DNA of 64,000 bases from Candidatus Multivorans sp. (GCA_965224025.1 OZ245033.1:992001-1056000), one strand, 5' to 3'; shown: positions 9,750 to 23,574, numbered from the stretch's first letter. Made by a program: numbers and translations. Notes: generated by a model from the letters alone, not told the origin.

Positions 9750-10662
9750 GCCGCCCGAGACCACCGAGCGCCCGGCAGCCCGCGCGGCGCTCGTCGAGCG
9801 GGACGCCGGCGACGTGCGGAGCGACCGGGTGGCGATCGAAGAGCCGCTGGAGATCCGCGTCGACGGCGAGGCTCTCGTGGTCACCATGCGCAGTCCGGGC
9901 GACGACGCGGAACTGACCCTGGGATACCTCCATGCCGAGGGCTGGATCGAAGAACTCGCCGATGTCGACGCGGTCACCGCCGGCAACGCGGCGCCTACCG
10001 GCGGGCAGCACGACGCTCACGCGGCCGCTGACTCGACCAGCGTCCCGGGTTCGATCGTCGATGTCCGGCTATCCGGCAAGGGGCGTAGACGCGCCCGCCT
10101 GCGGGCCGCCGCGAGCGAGCGCGAGCGGGCTTTCCGCGTCACCAGCGCCTGCGGCGTCTGCGGCAAGCCCTCGCTCGAAGACCTGTGGGTCCGCCTGCCG
10201 GCGATCCGGCCGCTGGCCCTCGAACCGGACCGCGAACGACGACTGGTGCAGGGCCTGCCCGCGGCGATGCAGGAACGCCAGACGCTGTTCAGCGACACGG
10301 GAGGCGTTCATGCGGCCGCCCTGTTCGATGTCGACGGCAGCCGCGCCGAGCTGTTGTGGCTCTTCGAGGACATCGGTCGTCACAACGCAGCCGACAAGGT
10401 CGTCGGGCAAGCGCTTCGATCCGGACGACTGCCCCTGGAATCCACCATGCTGGCTGTGAGCGGCCGCCTCGGCTTCGAGATCGTCCAGAAGGCGGCGGTC
10501 GCCGGCGTACCGCTGATTGCCGCCGTTGGAGCGCCGTCCAGCCTGGCGCTGGACATTGCCCACCTGGCGGGTATCCGCATCTACGCCTTCGTTGCCGGCG
10601 ACCGCAGCAACCTCTATCCCGCGGCGCCGGTCGAAGCGCGCCCGGTAACCGGCGCCGATTGA
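9739..10662 (+). CDS. fdhD: Formate dehydrogenase accessory sulfurtransferase
   Basis: EEPLEIRV, TMRSPGDD, SACGVCGK, TGGVHAA, EDIGRHNAADK. Confidence 0.93.
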   Translation: MTARPPETTERPAARAALVERDAGDVRSDRVAIEEPLEIRVDGEALVVTMRSPGDDAELTLGYLHAEGWIEELADVDAVTAGNAAPTGGQHDAHAAADSTSVPGSIVDVRLSGKGRRRARLRAAASERERAFRVTSACGVCGKPSLEDLWVRLPAIRPLALEPDRERRLVQGLPAAMQERQTLFSDTGGVHAAALFDVDGSRAELLWLFEDIGRHNAADKVVGQALRSGRLPLESTMLAVSGRLGFEIVQKAAVAGVPLIAAVGAPSSLALDIAHLAGIRIYAFVAGDRSNLYPAAPVEARPVTGAD

Positions 10663-10741
10663 CGGTTCCGACTCGCGGGCATAGGTTGACCCCGCAAGAG
10701 GCTTGTCTACAGGGAGGGACAACGATGGCGAGGACCTCGAA

Positions 10742-12199
10742 ATGACGGCAGCGGCGACGGCTGGCGAAGTCGCAAATCAGCGCAAGGCTTCCGGCCTGAC
10801 GTTCTTCGACCATGTCAACGCCGCCTTCGACGAGGCGGCCAGGCTCACGGACCACGACCGCACGCTGCTGGAGCAGGTGAAGTGCGTGAACTCGGTCTAC
10901 CGCATGAGCTTCCCACTGCGGCGGGACGACGGGACGATCGAGGTCATCGACGCCTGGCGCGCGGAACACAGCCACCACCGCCTGCCGACCAAGGGCGGCA
11001 TCCGCTACGCGATGAACGTCAACGAAGACGAGGTCATGGCGCTGTCGGCGCTGATGACCTACAAGTGCGCCCTGGTCGACGTTCCCTTCGGAGGCGCCAA
11101 GGGCGGCGTCCGGATCAACCGCTACAAGTACTCCGCGGGCGAACTGGAGCGGCTGACCCGCCGGTACACCGCCGAACTTCAGCGCAAGTCCTTCATCGGC
11201 CCCGGCAAGGACGTGCCGGCGCCGGATTACGGCACCGGTGAGCAGGAGATGGCCTGGATTGCCGACACCTACGCCCAGATCGAGCACGGCGAGGTCAACG
11301 TCGCCGCCTGCGTCACCGGCAAGCCGGTCGAGCACGGCGGCATCCAGGGCCGCACCCAGGCCACCGGACTGGGCGTCTTCTTCGGCATCCGCGAGGCCTG
11401 TTCGTTCGAGGAAGACATGGCGAAGCTCGGGCTCGAACCCGGCGTCTCGGGCAAGCGGGTGGTGATCCAGGGGCTGGGCAACGTGGGCTACCACGCCGCC
11501 AAGTACCTGCAGGACGCGGGCGCTCGCCTGGTCGGTCTCGCCGAGTACGAGGGGGCGATCGCGTGTACGGACGGACTCAAGATCGACGAAGTGGTCGAAC
11601 ACCGACGCGAGACCGGGTCGATTCTCGACTTCCCCGGCGCGTCCAACATCGAGCCCAGCCGCAGGGCGCTGGAACTCGACTGCGACATCCTCATCCCGGC
11701 GGCGCTCGAGAACCAGATCACCAGGGAGAACATCGGGCGCCTCTCGTGCCGCATCCTGGCCGAAGCGGCGAATGGGCCGACGACCTCCTATGCGAGCACG
11801 GCCGCCGCCAAGCGCGGCATCCTGGTGGTTCCGGATGTCTACCTGAACGCCGGCGGCGTCACCGTGTCCTACTTCGAGTGGCTCAAGAACCTCTCCCACG
11901 TCCGTTTCGGGCGCATGCAGAAACGCTTCGAGGAGAGCGTACGCAAAGATCTGCTGCAAGCGATGAGTTCCGCCACCGGCGCCAGCTTCAGCCGCGATGA
12001 AATCAAGATCCTGGCCCGGGGCGCGGACGAGATCGACCTCGTGAACTCCGGCCTCGAAGAGACCATGGCGACCGCCTATCACCACATGCGCAGGTACCAG
12101 AAGAAGGCGGGACCCGGCGTCGACCTGCGCACCGCGGCGATGGCCCTCGCCATCGACAAGGTTGCCGCCTCCTACAGGACCGCGGGCATCTTCCCCTGA
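10742..12199 (+). CDS. gdhA: Glu/Leu/Phe/Val dehydrogenase (glutamate dehydrogenase)
   Basis: PTKGGIRY, PFGGAKGG, DVPAPD, QGLGNVG, NAGGVTVSYFEW. Confidence 0.93.
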   Translation: MTAAATAGEVANQRKASGLTFFDHVNAAFDEAARLTDHDRTLLEQVKCVNSVYRMSFPLRRDDGTIEVIDAWRAEHSHHRLPTKGGIRYAMNVNEDEVMALSALMTYKCALVDVPFGGAKGGVRINRYKYSAGELERLTRRYTAELQRKSFIGPGKDVPAPDYGTGEQEMAWIADTYAQIEHGEVNVAACVTGKPVEHGGIQGRTQATGLGVFFGIREACSFEEDMAKLGLEPGVSGKRVVIQGLGNVGYHAAKYLQDAGARLVGLAEYEGAIACTDGLKIDEVVEHRRETGSILDFPGASNIEPSRRALELDCDILIPAALENQITRENIGRLSCRILAEAANGPTTSYASTAAAKRGILVVPDVYLNAGGVTVSYFEWLKNLSHVRFGRMQKRFEESVRKDLLQAMSSATGASFSRDEIKILARGADEIDLVNSGLEETMATAYHHMRRYQKKAGPGVDLRTAAMALAIDKVAASYRTAGIFP

Positions 12200-12220
12200 T
12201 CGCCACGGCGCCGACGCCTC

Positions 12221-13170
12221 TTGATCTCCGTACTCTTCATCGTGCTCGGCATCGCCGTGCTCTGGGCCGGCGGCGAGGTGCTGGTGCGCTCGGTGACCGG
12301 CTTGGCGGCCGTACTTCGAGTCAGCCCGACGGTGATCGGTCTGACGGTGGTTGCCTTCGGCACTTCGGCGCCGGAACTGGTGACGGCGATCAGCGCCGCG
12401 CTGCGCGATTCCCCAGGGTTGATCTACGGCAACGTCGTCGGATCGAACATCGCGAATGTCGGCCTCATCCTCGGTCTGTCGGTGCTGGTGGTGCCGCTCC
12501 ACAACCGCGACGACGCCAGCGAGCGACAGGCCGTTCGCCTGGTTCGCCGCGAGTTGCCCTTCATGCTCGCCACGTCGCTCCTCGTGCTGATCTTCGCCGC
12601 CATCGGACGCCTTGGGCGCTTCGAAGGCGCCGTGCTGCTCGCGCTGATGGCGTTCTTTCTCGTCGTTCTGGTGCGCACCGGCGATGTCGAGGCGGCGGAG
12701 CCGCGGGGCGTGAATCGACTCAGGGCCGTCCTTGGCACCCTCCTGGGACTGGCGTTTCTGATCGTGGGCGCCGACGAACTCCTCGTTCCGGCGGCACGGG
12801 AGCTGGCCAGCGCGGTCGGCGTGAGTGAGCTGGTCATCGGCCTGACCGTCGTCGCCTTCGGCACCAGTGTCCCGGAACTCGCTGCCTGCCTGGTGGCGGC
12901 ATACCGCAATCACCACGGCATCGTGCTGGGGAACATCATCGGCTCGAACGTGTTCAACATTCTGCTCGTGCTGCCCGCCGGCGCGATTCTCCGCCCCTTC
13001 ACCACAACTCTCGCCGCCGAAGGCCTGGACGCCTTCGTGATGCTCGTCTTCAGCCTGCTCCTGTTTCTCGCCATCTACATGCTGAGGCACGGGCGCGGCA
13101 TCGGTCGAACCTGGGGCATCCTGCTGCTGGCGGCCTACGGCCCCTACGTAGCCTGGCTCTTCACCAGACA

Positions 13171-13174
<4 letters not shown>
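12221..13174 (+). CDS. Calcium/sodium antiporter (YrbG/CaCA family)
   Basis: Duplicated [10 protein letters not shown](A/V)PE and GNxxGSN repeats; multi-TM. Confidence 0.92.
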
Positions 13175-16089
<2,915 letters not shown>

Positions 16090-16107
16090 CGCGGACTCCT
16101 GGGACGC

Positions 16108-16259
16108 TACGCGTCTCTTCGCCGGCCGTGGCCCTCCACCGTTTCGCCGTTCCGGCGCCGCAAGGCGATCTCGAACAGGGAGTAGTACTGGACCGCCTGC
16201 TGGATGCCGCAGGCCATCTCCATCTCGTGCCGGGTCCAGCGAGTGTCGCCCGTCCCATC
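16108..16259 (-). pseudogene. Short internal remnant resembling an acetyl-CoA acetyltransferase-like protein
   Basis: RHEMEMACGIQQAVQYYSLFEIALRRRNGETVEGH; no credible gene context. Confidence 0.35.
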
Positions 16260-16313
16260 ACGGACTTGAAGCGAAAGTGCTAGAAACAGGTGACTTCAGT
16301 TTAGGGTGATCTT

Positions 16314-19300
16314 GTGCTGGCCGTCTGCCTGTTCGTCGTGACGGCGGTTCTATTCGCCGCCGCGGCCCCAGCCGACGACCTGTTCCTGCCTGTGGACCCG
16401 GTGGCGGACGAAGCCGCCCGGATCCGCTTGCAAGCCGCGGTTTCGCCGGCCGTCGAGACCGAAGGCCCGACGCTTCGCAGCCGGCGGGCGCGGATGGACT
16501 TCGGCCTGCTGGCCGGCGCGCGGGCGGCCCTTGAACAGGGCGGAACCGCCGCGGGTCTGATCGACCTGAACCTGTTCGACGACGCCGGGTTCCGGGGCGT
16601 CGATCTGCGCACCGCGCCGACTTCGTCCGGCTACTCCCTGCAGGGGCGGCTAGACGGCGTGCCGGCGGGCACCGTGACCCTGGTGGTCAACGGCGACGTC
16701 GTCGACGGCACCGTGCGCGCCGGCGGCGACACCTACACCATCCGTTCAACGGTCGGCGGCGCCGTCGAGATCCGGCAGGCGGACTCGTCGGCGCTGCCCG
16801 AGTGCGGCGGTGCGCTGGAGGCGCCGTCTCCGCCCGGCGTCGATGCCGCGGCCGCCGCGGCGCCGGTCGCGGATCTCCCGTTTGCCGTGTCGCCCGCCAG
16901 CGATGGCTCGGAGGTCGACGTCCTGGTCGTCTACACGACGGCCGCGAAGGATGCGGTCGGCGGCGAAAGGAACATCGAGACACAGATCGATCGCTGGTTC
17001 ACCGAGGTGAACGGCTACTTCACGAACAGCGGAGTCGACTTGCAGATCCGCCTGGCGCACGTAGAGGAACTAGACTACGAGGAGACCTCGTCGTCCTACG
17101 AACTGCGTCCGCTCACCACACGGGGCGACGGAATCCTGGACCGCGTCCATGCGCTGCGCGATGCGGTCGGCGCGGACCTCGTCCACATCGTCGAACGGTG
17201 GGGTGTCTGGGGAACCACGAACTACTGCGGCATTGGCTGGTTGATGACGGACGTGGGGCCGTCGTTCGAGTACTACGGCTTCGGCGCCACGGCCGTCGGT
17301 TGCAGCGGTGCGACGTTTGCGCACGAACTCGGCCACAACATGGGCCTTCGCCACGACCGCTACCAGGAAACCGTCGCCGGGCTCTCGAGTCTGGACAACC
17401 TGCCCTATCCCTACGCCTACGGTTACGTGAACCAGGCGGCGTTCGAGTCCACGGCGGCGCGGCCTACGGCGTGGCGGACGATCATGTCCTACCGGAGCCG
17501 GTGCTCCCACGCGGGCATCGCGAATTGCCCTTATCTGGGCCGCTACTCGAATCCCGATCAGTCGTACCAGGACGATCCGCTCGGCGTGGCGGGTACTCAG
17601 AGTTCTCAGGCCGTGACCGGTCCGTCCGCGACTGCCACGGCCCTGAACAACACCCGTACGACCGTGGCGGCCTTCCGGTCCGGGGGAACGAGTCCGGTCG
17701 TGGCGTCGCTCAGGCGGCGGCGCCCGGCAGGGGAGAGGGCAAGAGCGAGTTCCCTGCTCTGGCGGCTGGCTTTTGGCCGGGACGTGAAGAACGTGACCAG
17801 CGCCGATTTCGAACTCACCGGCCCGGCTTCGCCGACGATCACCGTGACGCCCAAGGCCGGCAGTCGGCGGATCTACGACATCGAAGTAACGGCGGGGGTG
17901 GCCGGCTTCAGCGGCGACGCGACCCTCGGTTTCGCCTCGAATCAGGACATCCTCGACATGACCGACGTGGCTCTGGACGCGGCGTGGCCCGTCGCGGCAC
18001 AGCGGACTTTCACGCTGGACCACACGGCGCCCGCGCCAACCGTCGCGCCGGCGAAGGCCAGCGGCTCGCCGTTCGCGGCGACGATCCGGTTCCCGGAGGA
18101 CGTGGAGGACTTCAACGACGCCGGCGACGTGTCGGCGACGAACGCGACCGTCGTCGCGCCGGTGCGTGCCGACGCTCGCACCTACATCGTCCAAGTCACG
18201 CCGACCGTGTCGAACGCGGCGACGATCGTGCTGACCGCGCGGGCGAACGCGGCCGCGGACACGGTGGGCAACCGCAGCGTCAGCGCGGTGCAGAACATCG
18301 GCTGGGACCCGTCGACGACCACCACGCTGACAGTCGGAGGGTTCTCGAACGGCACGGTGGCCGAGAACGCAGAGTGGACGTCTGCGACGCCGACTGTGAC
18401 CGGAAGTCCGGTAGGGTCGTTGACCTGGACCCGGGAGGGCGCCGACGCCGCTCACTTCGAGATCGATCCGAGCACCGGTGTGCTCGGGTTGCCCGGCCGC
18501 GACTTCGAGAAGCCGGCGGACACGGGCGGCGACAACCGGTACGAGGTGACCGCGAGGGCCACCGACACGGAAGGCAACTCCGCCACCGCCGACATCGCGG
18601 TCACCGTCTCCGATGCCGTTGAGAGTAGATCGCTACGCATCCAATCCGCCAGGAGCCGCAAGGTTCCGGAGGGGATCGGCTACTACTCCAGACCGTACGT
18701 ATGTACGGATCCATGCCCGATTGGCGAGGGCCCGGTCGGCGAAGTGACCTGGAACGTGACGGGCGCCGATGCGGCCCTGTTCACGCACTCTCGACTGGGC
18801 TACCTGTTCCCCTCGCCGCCCTGGGCGGCCAGTGAGCTGTCGCTCGGAGCGAAGGACTTCGAGCAACCGGTCGACGAAGACGGGGACCATGACTACGAGG
18901 TAGCGCTGACCGCCACCGATGCCGACGGCAACACCGTCTCCGCCAATGTGACGGTGAGAGTCATCGACGGCGCCCGCCGACCGCTGGCGATTACGGGTCT
19001 TGTGAGCGGAAACGTGAACGAGAACCGTGCGTGGCGTTCCGGGAGGCCGTCGGTGGAGGGCCGCCCGATTGGCGATCTCGTCTGGTCGAAGGAGGGGGCC
19101 GACGCGGACCGTTTCTCGATCGATCCGGCTTCGGGGGTGCTGACCATGGCGGCCAGGGACTACGAGCGTCCGGTGGACAACGGTGGGGACAACCGGTACG
19201 ACGTGACCGCGCGGGTGAGCGACGAGGAGAGCAACTCCGCGGTCGTGGAGGTCGAGGTGACCGTCGTCGATGTGACGGATCCGCCTCCGGCGCCGACCAT

Positions 19301-21884
19301 CGACTCCGTGACCGGGGGCCAAAGAGAGCTCGCGGTGGCCTGGACCGCGCCTGCCGGCGTAACCGGCATCACGTTCTTCGACCTGCGCTACATCCGGAGT
19401 TCGGCGTCCGACAAGTCGGACGGTCGCTGGACGACGCGGAGCAGCATCTGGACCGCGGGCAGCCTGGAGTACACCCTGACCGGCGTCCTGGACGGGACGA
19501 AGTACGACGTTCAGGTTCGGGGAAGAAACAGCGCCGGCGGCGGCGAGTGGTCGGAGCCGGTGATTGGCGAGACGCTGCCGAACCGCTCGCCCGAGGCGGT
19601 GGGCACGCTGGAGGAAAGGTCGTTGCGGGTGGGCGAAGGGGCGGTTGCGGTCGACGTTTCGGCCGCGTTCCAGGATCCGGACGGTGATTCGCTGACCTTT
19701 GAGGCAACGTCCTCGGATCTTTCCGTGGCGCGGGCCATGGTTTCGGGCTCGTCGGTGAGGGTGGCGCCGGTGGCGGCCGGCGAATCGACGATCGAGGTCA
19801 CGGCGACGGATGTTTCCGGCTCCAACACGCCGGCGACCCAGGAATTCCAGGCGACGGTGGCGGGCGAACGCGGGGTCGACGTGGACCCGGTTTCGCTCCA
19901 GGTCACCGAAGGGACGACCGGCTCCTACGGCGTGGTGCTGGCGGCCGAGCCGTCGGATTCGGTGACGGTGACGGCGTCGATTCAGGGCGTCACGGACGTG
20001 TCCGTGAGTCCGTCGGTGTTGACCTTCGCGACGACGGACTGGGACGCGCCGCAGACGGTGACAGTGGAGGCGGCGGAGGACGCGGACGCGGTGTCGGACG
20101 CCGCGGTGACGATCCGCCACGCGGTGAGCGGCGGTGACTACGGTTCCGTACGGGCAGCCTCGGTGGAGGTGACGATCCTCGAGAACGACGCATCGGCGGT
20201 ATCGACGCTGGACCGTTCAGGGCCTGAGAGCGGCGGCGCGGTTGTGTTCGAGGTCACGATCAGCTACGCGGGCACGTCGGACGTGCTGGTGGACTACGCG
20301 ACCTCGAACGGCACGGCGCTGGCGGGTTCGGACTACACCGCGACGTCGGGCACGCTGACCTTCCCGCAGGGCTCGACGTCTTCGCAGGAGATCCGGGTGC
20401 CGGTCACGGACGACGAAGTAGACGAGGCCGAGGACGAGGCCTTCACGCTGACGCTGAGCAATGTGCGGAACGGCCTGCTGGCGGGCGGCGGTCCGACGCT
20501 GCGGGTGACCGGGACGATTCGCGACGATGACGATCCGTATGTCGTCGTGTCGTTCGGGCGTTCGAGCTACGACGCCGAGGAGGGCGATTCGGTCCGCGTC
20601 GAGGCGCGTCTCGACAAGGACCCGGAACGGACGATTGCGGTGCCTCTGGAGACGACGCACCACGGCGGTGCGAGCTTCGACGACTACTCTGGCGTGCCGT
20701 TCGAGGTCGCGTTCTCTTCCGATCAAAGGACGGCGGAGTTCCACTTCTCGGCGACGGACGACAGCGACGAGGACGACGGCGAGGCTGTCGTGGTGCGGTT
20801 CGGTTCGCTGCCGTCGCGGGTGGCCGCCGGCGGCGTCGACGAGACGACCCTGGCGATCCAGGACAACGACGGCGCCCTGCCGCCGCCACCGCCGCCGCCG
20901 CCGCCGGACGAGGATCCGGAAGTGGAGGCTTCGTTCGGTTCCTCGCGCTACGAGGTTCTGGAAGGGCGGACGGTTCAGGTGTCGGTTCGCCTGAGCGCGG
21001 ATCCGGAGCGGGAGGTGTCGATTCCGTTGGTTCGGCGCCACCGCGGCGGAGCGTCGGAAGCGGACTACTCGGGCGTGCCTGCGAGCATCACGTTCAGCAG
21101 CGGCGTGACGACCCGGACGTTCGACTTCGCGGCCGCGGACGACAGCGAGGAGGACCTCGGCGAATCGGTGGCTCTTGGTTTCGGCGATCTACCGTGGGGT
21201 GTAAACGGCGGCGCCGGGACGACCGTGTCGATCGAGGACGACGACACGCCTCCGATGGCCGTGATCGAAGTCAGTGGCGTGGAGTGCGACCGGGAGCCTT
21301 GCCGCGCTCTTACCGGCGAACCGGTGCAGTTCGCGGACATGAGTACGGGTCCCGCCGCGGCGCGGCGATGGGAGTTCGGCGAAGGCACGGAGTCGAGTCT
21401 GCGCAGGTTGTCGCACAGTTGGCCTCAGCCGGGTTTCTACGAAGTCACGCTGTGGGTGAGCGACGGCACGCGTGAATCGACGTCGTCGCATGTGTTCCTG
21501 GTCGAGTCGAGTTCTCCCGCGGGTACGTGCGAGTCGAGCGCCACGAGGCGTTGCCTGCAGGATTCGCGTTACGCGGTGGTTGTGGACTGGTGGAAGCCGG
21601 ACGGCGACAGCGGCGCGGGGAGCGTGGTCCACGCGGGGACGAACGATTCGGGTCTGTTCACCTTCTTCAGCCGGGAGAACTGGGAAGTCCTGATCAAGGT
21701 GCTGGACGGCTGCGCGCTGAACGGTCACGTGTGGGTGTACGGCGCGTCGACGACGGACCTGGGCTACTCGATCCGGGTGACCGACACGGCGACGGGAGCG
21801 GTGAATGAGTACCGGAACGAGCCGGGCCGGCCGGCGCCGGCCATCGCGGACGCGACGGCGTTTGCCGCGGTCTGCGAACCCTAG
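16314..21884 (+). CDS. Giant secreted M12/reprolysin-like zinc metalloprotease with cadherin-like, FN3, Calx-beta, PKD and C-terminal Cys-containing domains
   Basis: Hydrophobic N-terminus; HELGHNMGLRHD and TIMSY Met-turn; 3x EGADA..F..D(F/Y)E.P.D..GD..Y.V; TALAGSDYTATSGTLTF; poly-Pro; SGLFTFFSRENWEVLIKVLDGC. Confidence 0.88.
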   Translation: MLAVCLFVVTAVLFAAAAPADDLFLPVDPVADEAARIRLQAAVSPAVETEGPTLRSRRARMDFGLLAGARAALEQGGTAAGLIDLNLFDDAGFRGVDLRTAPTSSGYSLQGRLDGVPAGTVTLVVNGDVVDGTVRAGGDTYTIRSTVGGAVEIRQADSSALPECGGALEAPSPPGVDAAAAAAPVADLPFAVSPASDGSEVDVLVVYTTAAKDAVGGERNIETQIDRWFTEVNGYFTNSGVDLQIRLAHVEELDYEETSSSYELRPLTTRGDGILDRVHALRDAVGADLVHIVERWGVWGTTNYCGIGWLMTDVGPSFEYYGFGATAVGCSGATFAHELGHNMGLRHDRYQETVAGLSSLDNLPYPYAYGYVNQAAFESTAARPTAWRTIMSYRSRCSHAGIANCPYLGRYSNPDQSYQDDPLGVAGTQSSQAVTGPSATATALNNTRTTVAAFRSGGTSPVVASLRRRRPAGERARASSLLWRLAFGRDVKNVTSADFELTGPASPTITVTPKAGSRRIYDIEVTAGVAGFSGDATLGFASNQDILDMTDVALDAAWPVAAQRTFTLDHTAPAPTVAPAKASGSPFAATIRFPEDVEDFNDAGDVSATNATVVAPVRADARTYIVQVTPTVSNAATIVLTARANAAADTVGNRSVSAVQNIGWDPSTTTTLTVGGFSNGTVAENAEWTSATPTVTGSPVGSLTWTREGADAAHFEIDPSTGVLGLPGRDFEKPADTGGDNRYEVTARATDTEGNSATADIAVTVSDAVESRSLRIQSARSRKVPEGIGYYSRPYVCTDPCPIGEGPVGEVTWNVTGADAALFTHSRLGYLFPSPPWAASELSLGAKDFEQPVDEDGDHDYEVALTATDADGNTVSANVTVRVIDGARRPLAITGLVSGNVNENRAWRSGRPSVEGRPIGDLVWSKEGADADRFSIDPASGVLTMAARDYERPVDNGGDNRYDVTARVSDEESNSAVVEVEVTVVDVTDPPPAPTIDSVTGGQRELAVAWTAPAGVTGITFFDLRYIRSSASDKSDGRWTTRSSIWTAGSLEYTLTGVLDGTKYDVQVRGRNSAGGGEWSEPVIGETLPNRSPEAVGTLEERSLRVGEGAVAVDVSAAFQDPDGDSLTFEATSSDLSVARAMVSGSSVRVAPVAAGESTIEVTATDVSGSNTPATQEFQATVAGERGVDVDPVSLQVTEGTTGSYGVVLAAEPSDSVTVTASIQGVTDVSVSPSVLTFATTDWDAPQTVTVEAAEDADAVSDAAVTIRHAVSGGDYGSVRAASVEVTILENDASAVSTLDRSGPESGGAVVFEVTISYAGTSDVLVDYATSNGTALAGSDYTATSGTLTFPQGSTSSQEIRVPVTDDEVDEAEDEAFTLTLSNVRNGLLAGGGPTLRVTGTIRDDDDPYVVVSFGRSSYDAEEGDSVRVEARLDKDPERTIAVPLETTHHGGASFDDYSGVPFEVAFSSDQRTAEFHFSATDDSDEDDGEAVVVRFGSLPSRVAAGGVDETTLAIQDNDGALPPPPPPPPPDEDPEVEASFGSSRYEVLEGRTVQVSVRLSADPEREVSIPLVRRHRGGASEADYSGVPASITFSSGVTTRTFDFAAADDSEEDLGESVALGFGDLPWGVNGGAGTTVSIEDDDTPPMAVIEVSGVECDREPCRALTGEPVQFADMSTGPAAARRWEFGEGTESSLRRLSHSWPQPGFYEVTLWVSDGTRESTSSHVFLVESSSPAGTCESSATRRCLQDSRYAVVVDWWKPDGDSGAGSVVHAGTNDSGLFTFFSRENWEVLIKVLDGCALNGHVWVYGASTTDLGYSIRVTDTATGAVNEYRNEPGRPAPAIADATAFAAVCEP

Positions 21885-21993
21885 GTTCGACGCAGCACGC
21901 CTCGCCCGCCTCGTCGCTGCACGGGCACCGACCTCGCCGGCGCTTCGAACATCGGCTCATGGCAACCGTCCAGCAGCAACAACCAGAACCAGC

Positions 21994-23559
21994 TCAGCTC
22001 GTCAGGCCGTACTCGATCGCGTCGGACAGCGCTTCCCAGCTTGCTTCGATGACGTTGGTCCCCGCTCCGACCGTGGTCCACCGGTCGCCGCCGGCCACGA
22101 AGTCCACAAGCACCCGGGTGATGGCGGCCGTACCGTGGGCGCTGTCCAGAATGCGGACCTTGTAGTCGGCCAGCCGCATTTCGGCCAGTTGCGGGTAGTG
22201 CGGCTCCAGGGCCTTGCGCAGGGCGTGGGCCAGGGCGTTGACGGGGCCGTTGCCCTCGGAGGCGGTATGGGCGATCGTGCCGCCCGGCACTTCGACCTTG
22301 ACCGTCGCCTCGGCAACCAGGCCGCGGCCGTCGCGGTGTTCCACCACGGTCAGGAAGTCGATCAACCGGAACGGCGACTCGTATCCGGGCGCCGCGCGGC
22401 GCAGCATGAGTTCGACGGAGGCTTGGGCCGCCTCGAAACTGTAGCCGTGGTTCTCGAGTTCCTTGACCTTGTGCAGCACCTCGCGTGCATACGGCGTATC
22501 GGCGCCGGCGCCGGCGCTCTCCGCCAGGTGGACGATGTTGCCCCGCCCCGAGAGTTCGGAGACCACGGTGCGCATCTCGTTGCCGACGACCTCCGGCGCC
22601 AGGTGCTGGTAGCTGGTCGGCTCCTTGAGCATCGCCGCGACGTGGATGCCGCCCTTGTGGGCGAAGGCGCTCCGGCCCACGTAGGGCAGGTGCTCGTCAT
22701 GGGCGATGTTGGCGACCTCGGCGACGTAGCGCGACAGCGCGGTCAACTCGCGCAGACTCTCGTCGGGAACGCAGGAGAATCCCATCTTGCACTGCAGGTC
22801 CGGCACGATGGTGACCAGGTTCGCGTTCGCCACCCGCTCCCCGTAACCGTTGATCGTGCCCTGCACCATGACCGCACCGGCTCGCACCGCCGCAAGCGAG
22901 TTGGCGACGCCGCAGCCGCCGTCGTCGTGGGTATGGATGCCGATCCGGACGTCCGGTCCGAGTTCGCCCCGCGCCGCGTCGACACCCGCCTTGATCTGCC
23001 ACGGCAGGGCGCCGCCGTTCGTGTCGCAGAGAACGACGTAGTCGGCGCCCGCCGCGGCCGCCGCGCGCAGCGTGCCGAGGGCGCACTCCGGGTTTCCGGC
23101 CAGGCCATCGAAGAAGTGCTCGGCGTCGTAGATCACCTCGCGGCCGAGGTCCTTGAGGTAGCCGACGGTGTCGCCGATCATCGCCTCGTTCTCTTCGGCG
23201 TTCGTCTCGAGGACCTTCTCGATGTGCAGATCCCAGCTCTTGCCGACCAGAGCGACGGTGGGCGTCTCCGCCGCGACCAGCGCTTGGACGTTGCCGTCGT
23301 GAGAGCAGGCGCTGTGCTTCCGGCGCGTGGCCCCGAAGGCACAGATCCTTGCCTGCTCCAACTCAACGTCGCGGATGGCCTCGAAGAAATCGGCGTCCTT
23401 CGGGTTCGAGCCGGGCCAGCCGCATTCGATGTAGGGGATGCCGAAAGCATCGAGGCGCCGGGCGATCGCCACCTTGTCGGCCAGAGACAGCGAGATGTTC
23501 TCGCGCTGCGTGCCGTCGCGCAGCGTCGTGTCGTAGAGCTCGATCCGGGAAGTCGTCAA
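21994..23559 (-). CDS. cimA: Citramalate synthase
   Basis: YDTTLRDGTQ, GWPGSNPKD, YDAEHFFDG, AFAHKGGIH, VSELSGR. Confidence 0.92.
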   Translation of the reverse strand: MTTSRIELYDTTLRDGTQRENISLSLADKVAIARRLDAFGIPYIECGWPGSNPKDADFFEAIRDVELEQARICAFGATRRKHSACSHDGNVQALVAAETPTVALVGKSWDLHIEKVLETNAEENEAMIGDTVGYLKDLGREVIYDAEHFFDGLAGNPECALGTLRAAAAAGADYVVLCDTNGGALPWQIKAGVDAARGELGPDVRIGIHTHDDGGCGVANSLAAVRAGAVMVQGTINGYGERVANANLVTIVPDLQCKMGFSCVPDESLRELTALSRYVAEVANIAHDEHLPYVGRSAFAHKGGIHVAAMLKEPTSYQHLAPEVVGNEMRTVVSELSGRGNIVHLAESAGAGADTPYAREVLHKVKELENHGYSFEAAQASVELMLRRAAPGYESPFRLIDFLTVVEHRDGRGLVAEATVKVEVPGGTIAHTASEGNGPVNALAHALRKALEPHYPQLAEMRLADYKVRILDSAHGTAAITRVLVDFVAGGDRWTTVGAGTNVIEASWEALSDAIEYGLTS

Positions 23560-23574
23560 GGCGCCATCCTCACA

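Noticed and set aside
18350-21250. Repeats in the giant protease as a CRISPR array or DGR template
   Set aside because: They are diverged in-frame protein domain repeats; no identical spaced repeats and no cas or reverse transcriptase gene
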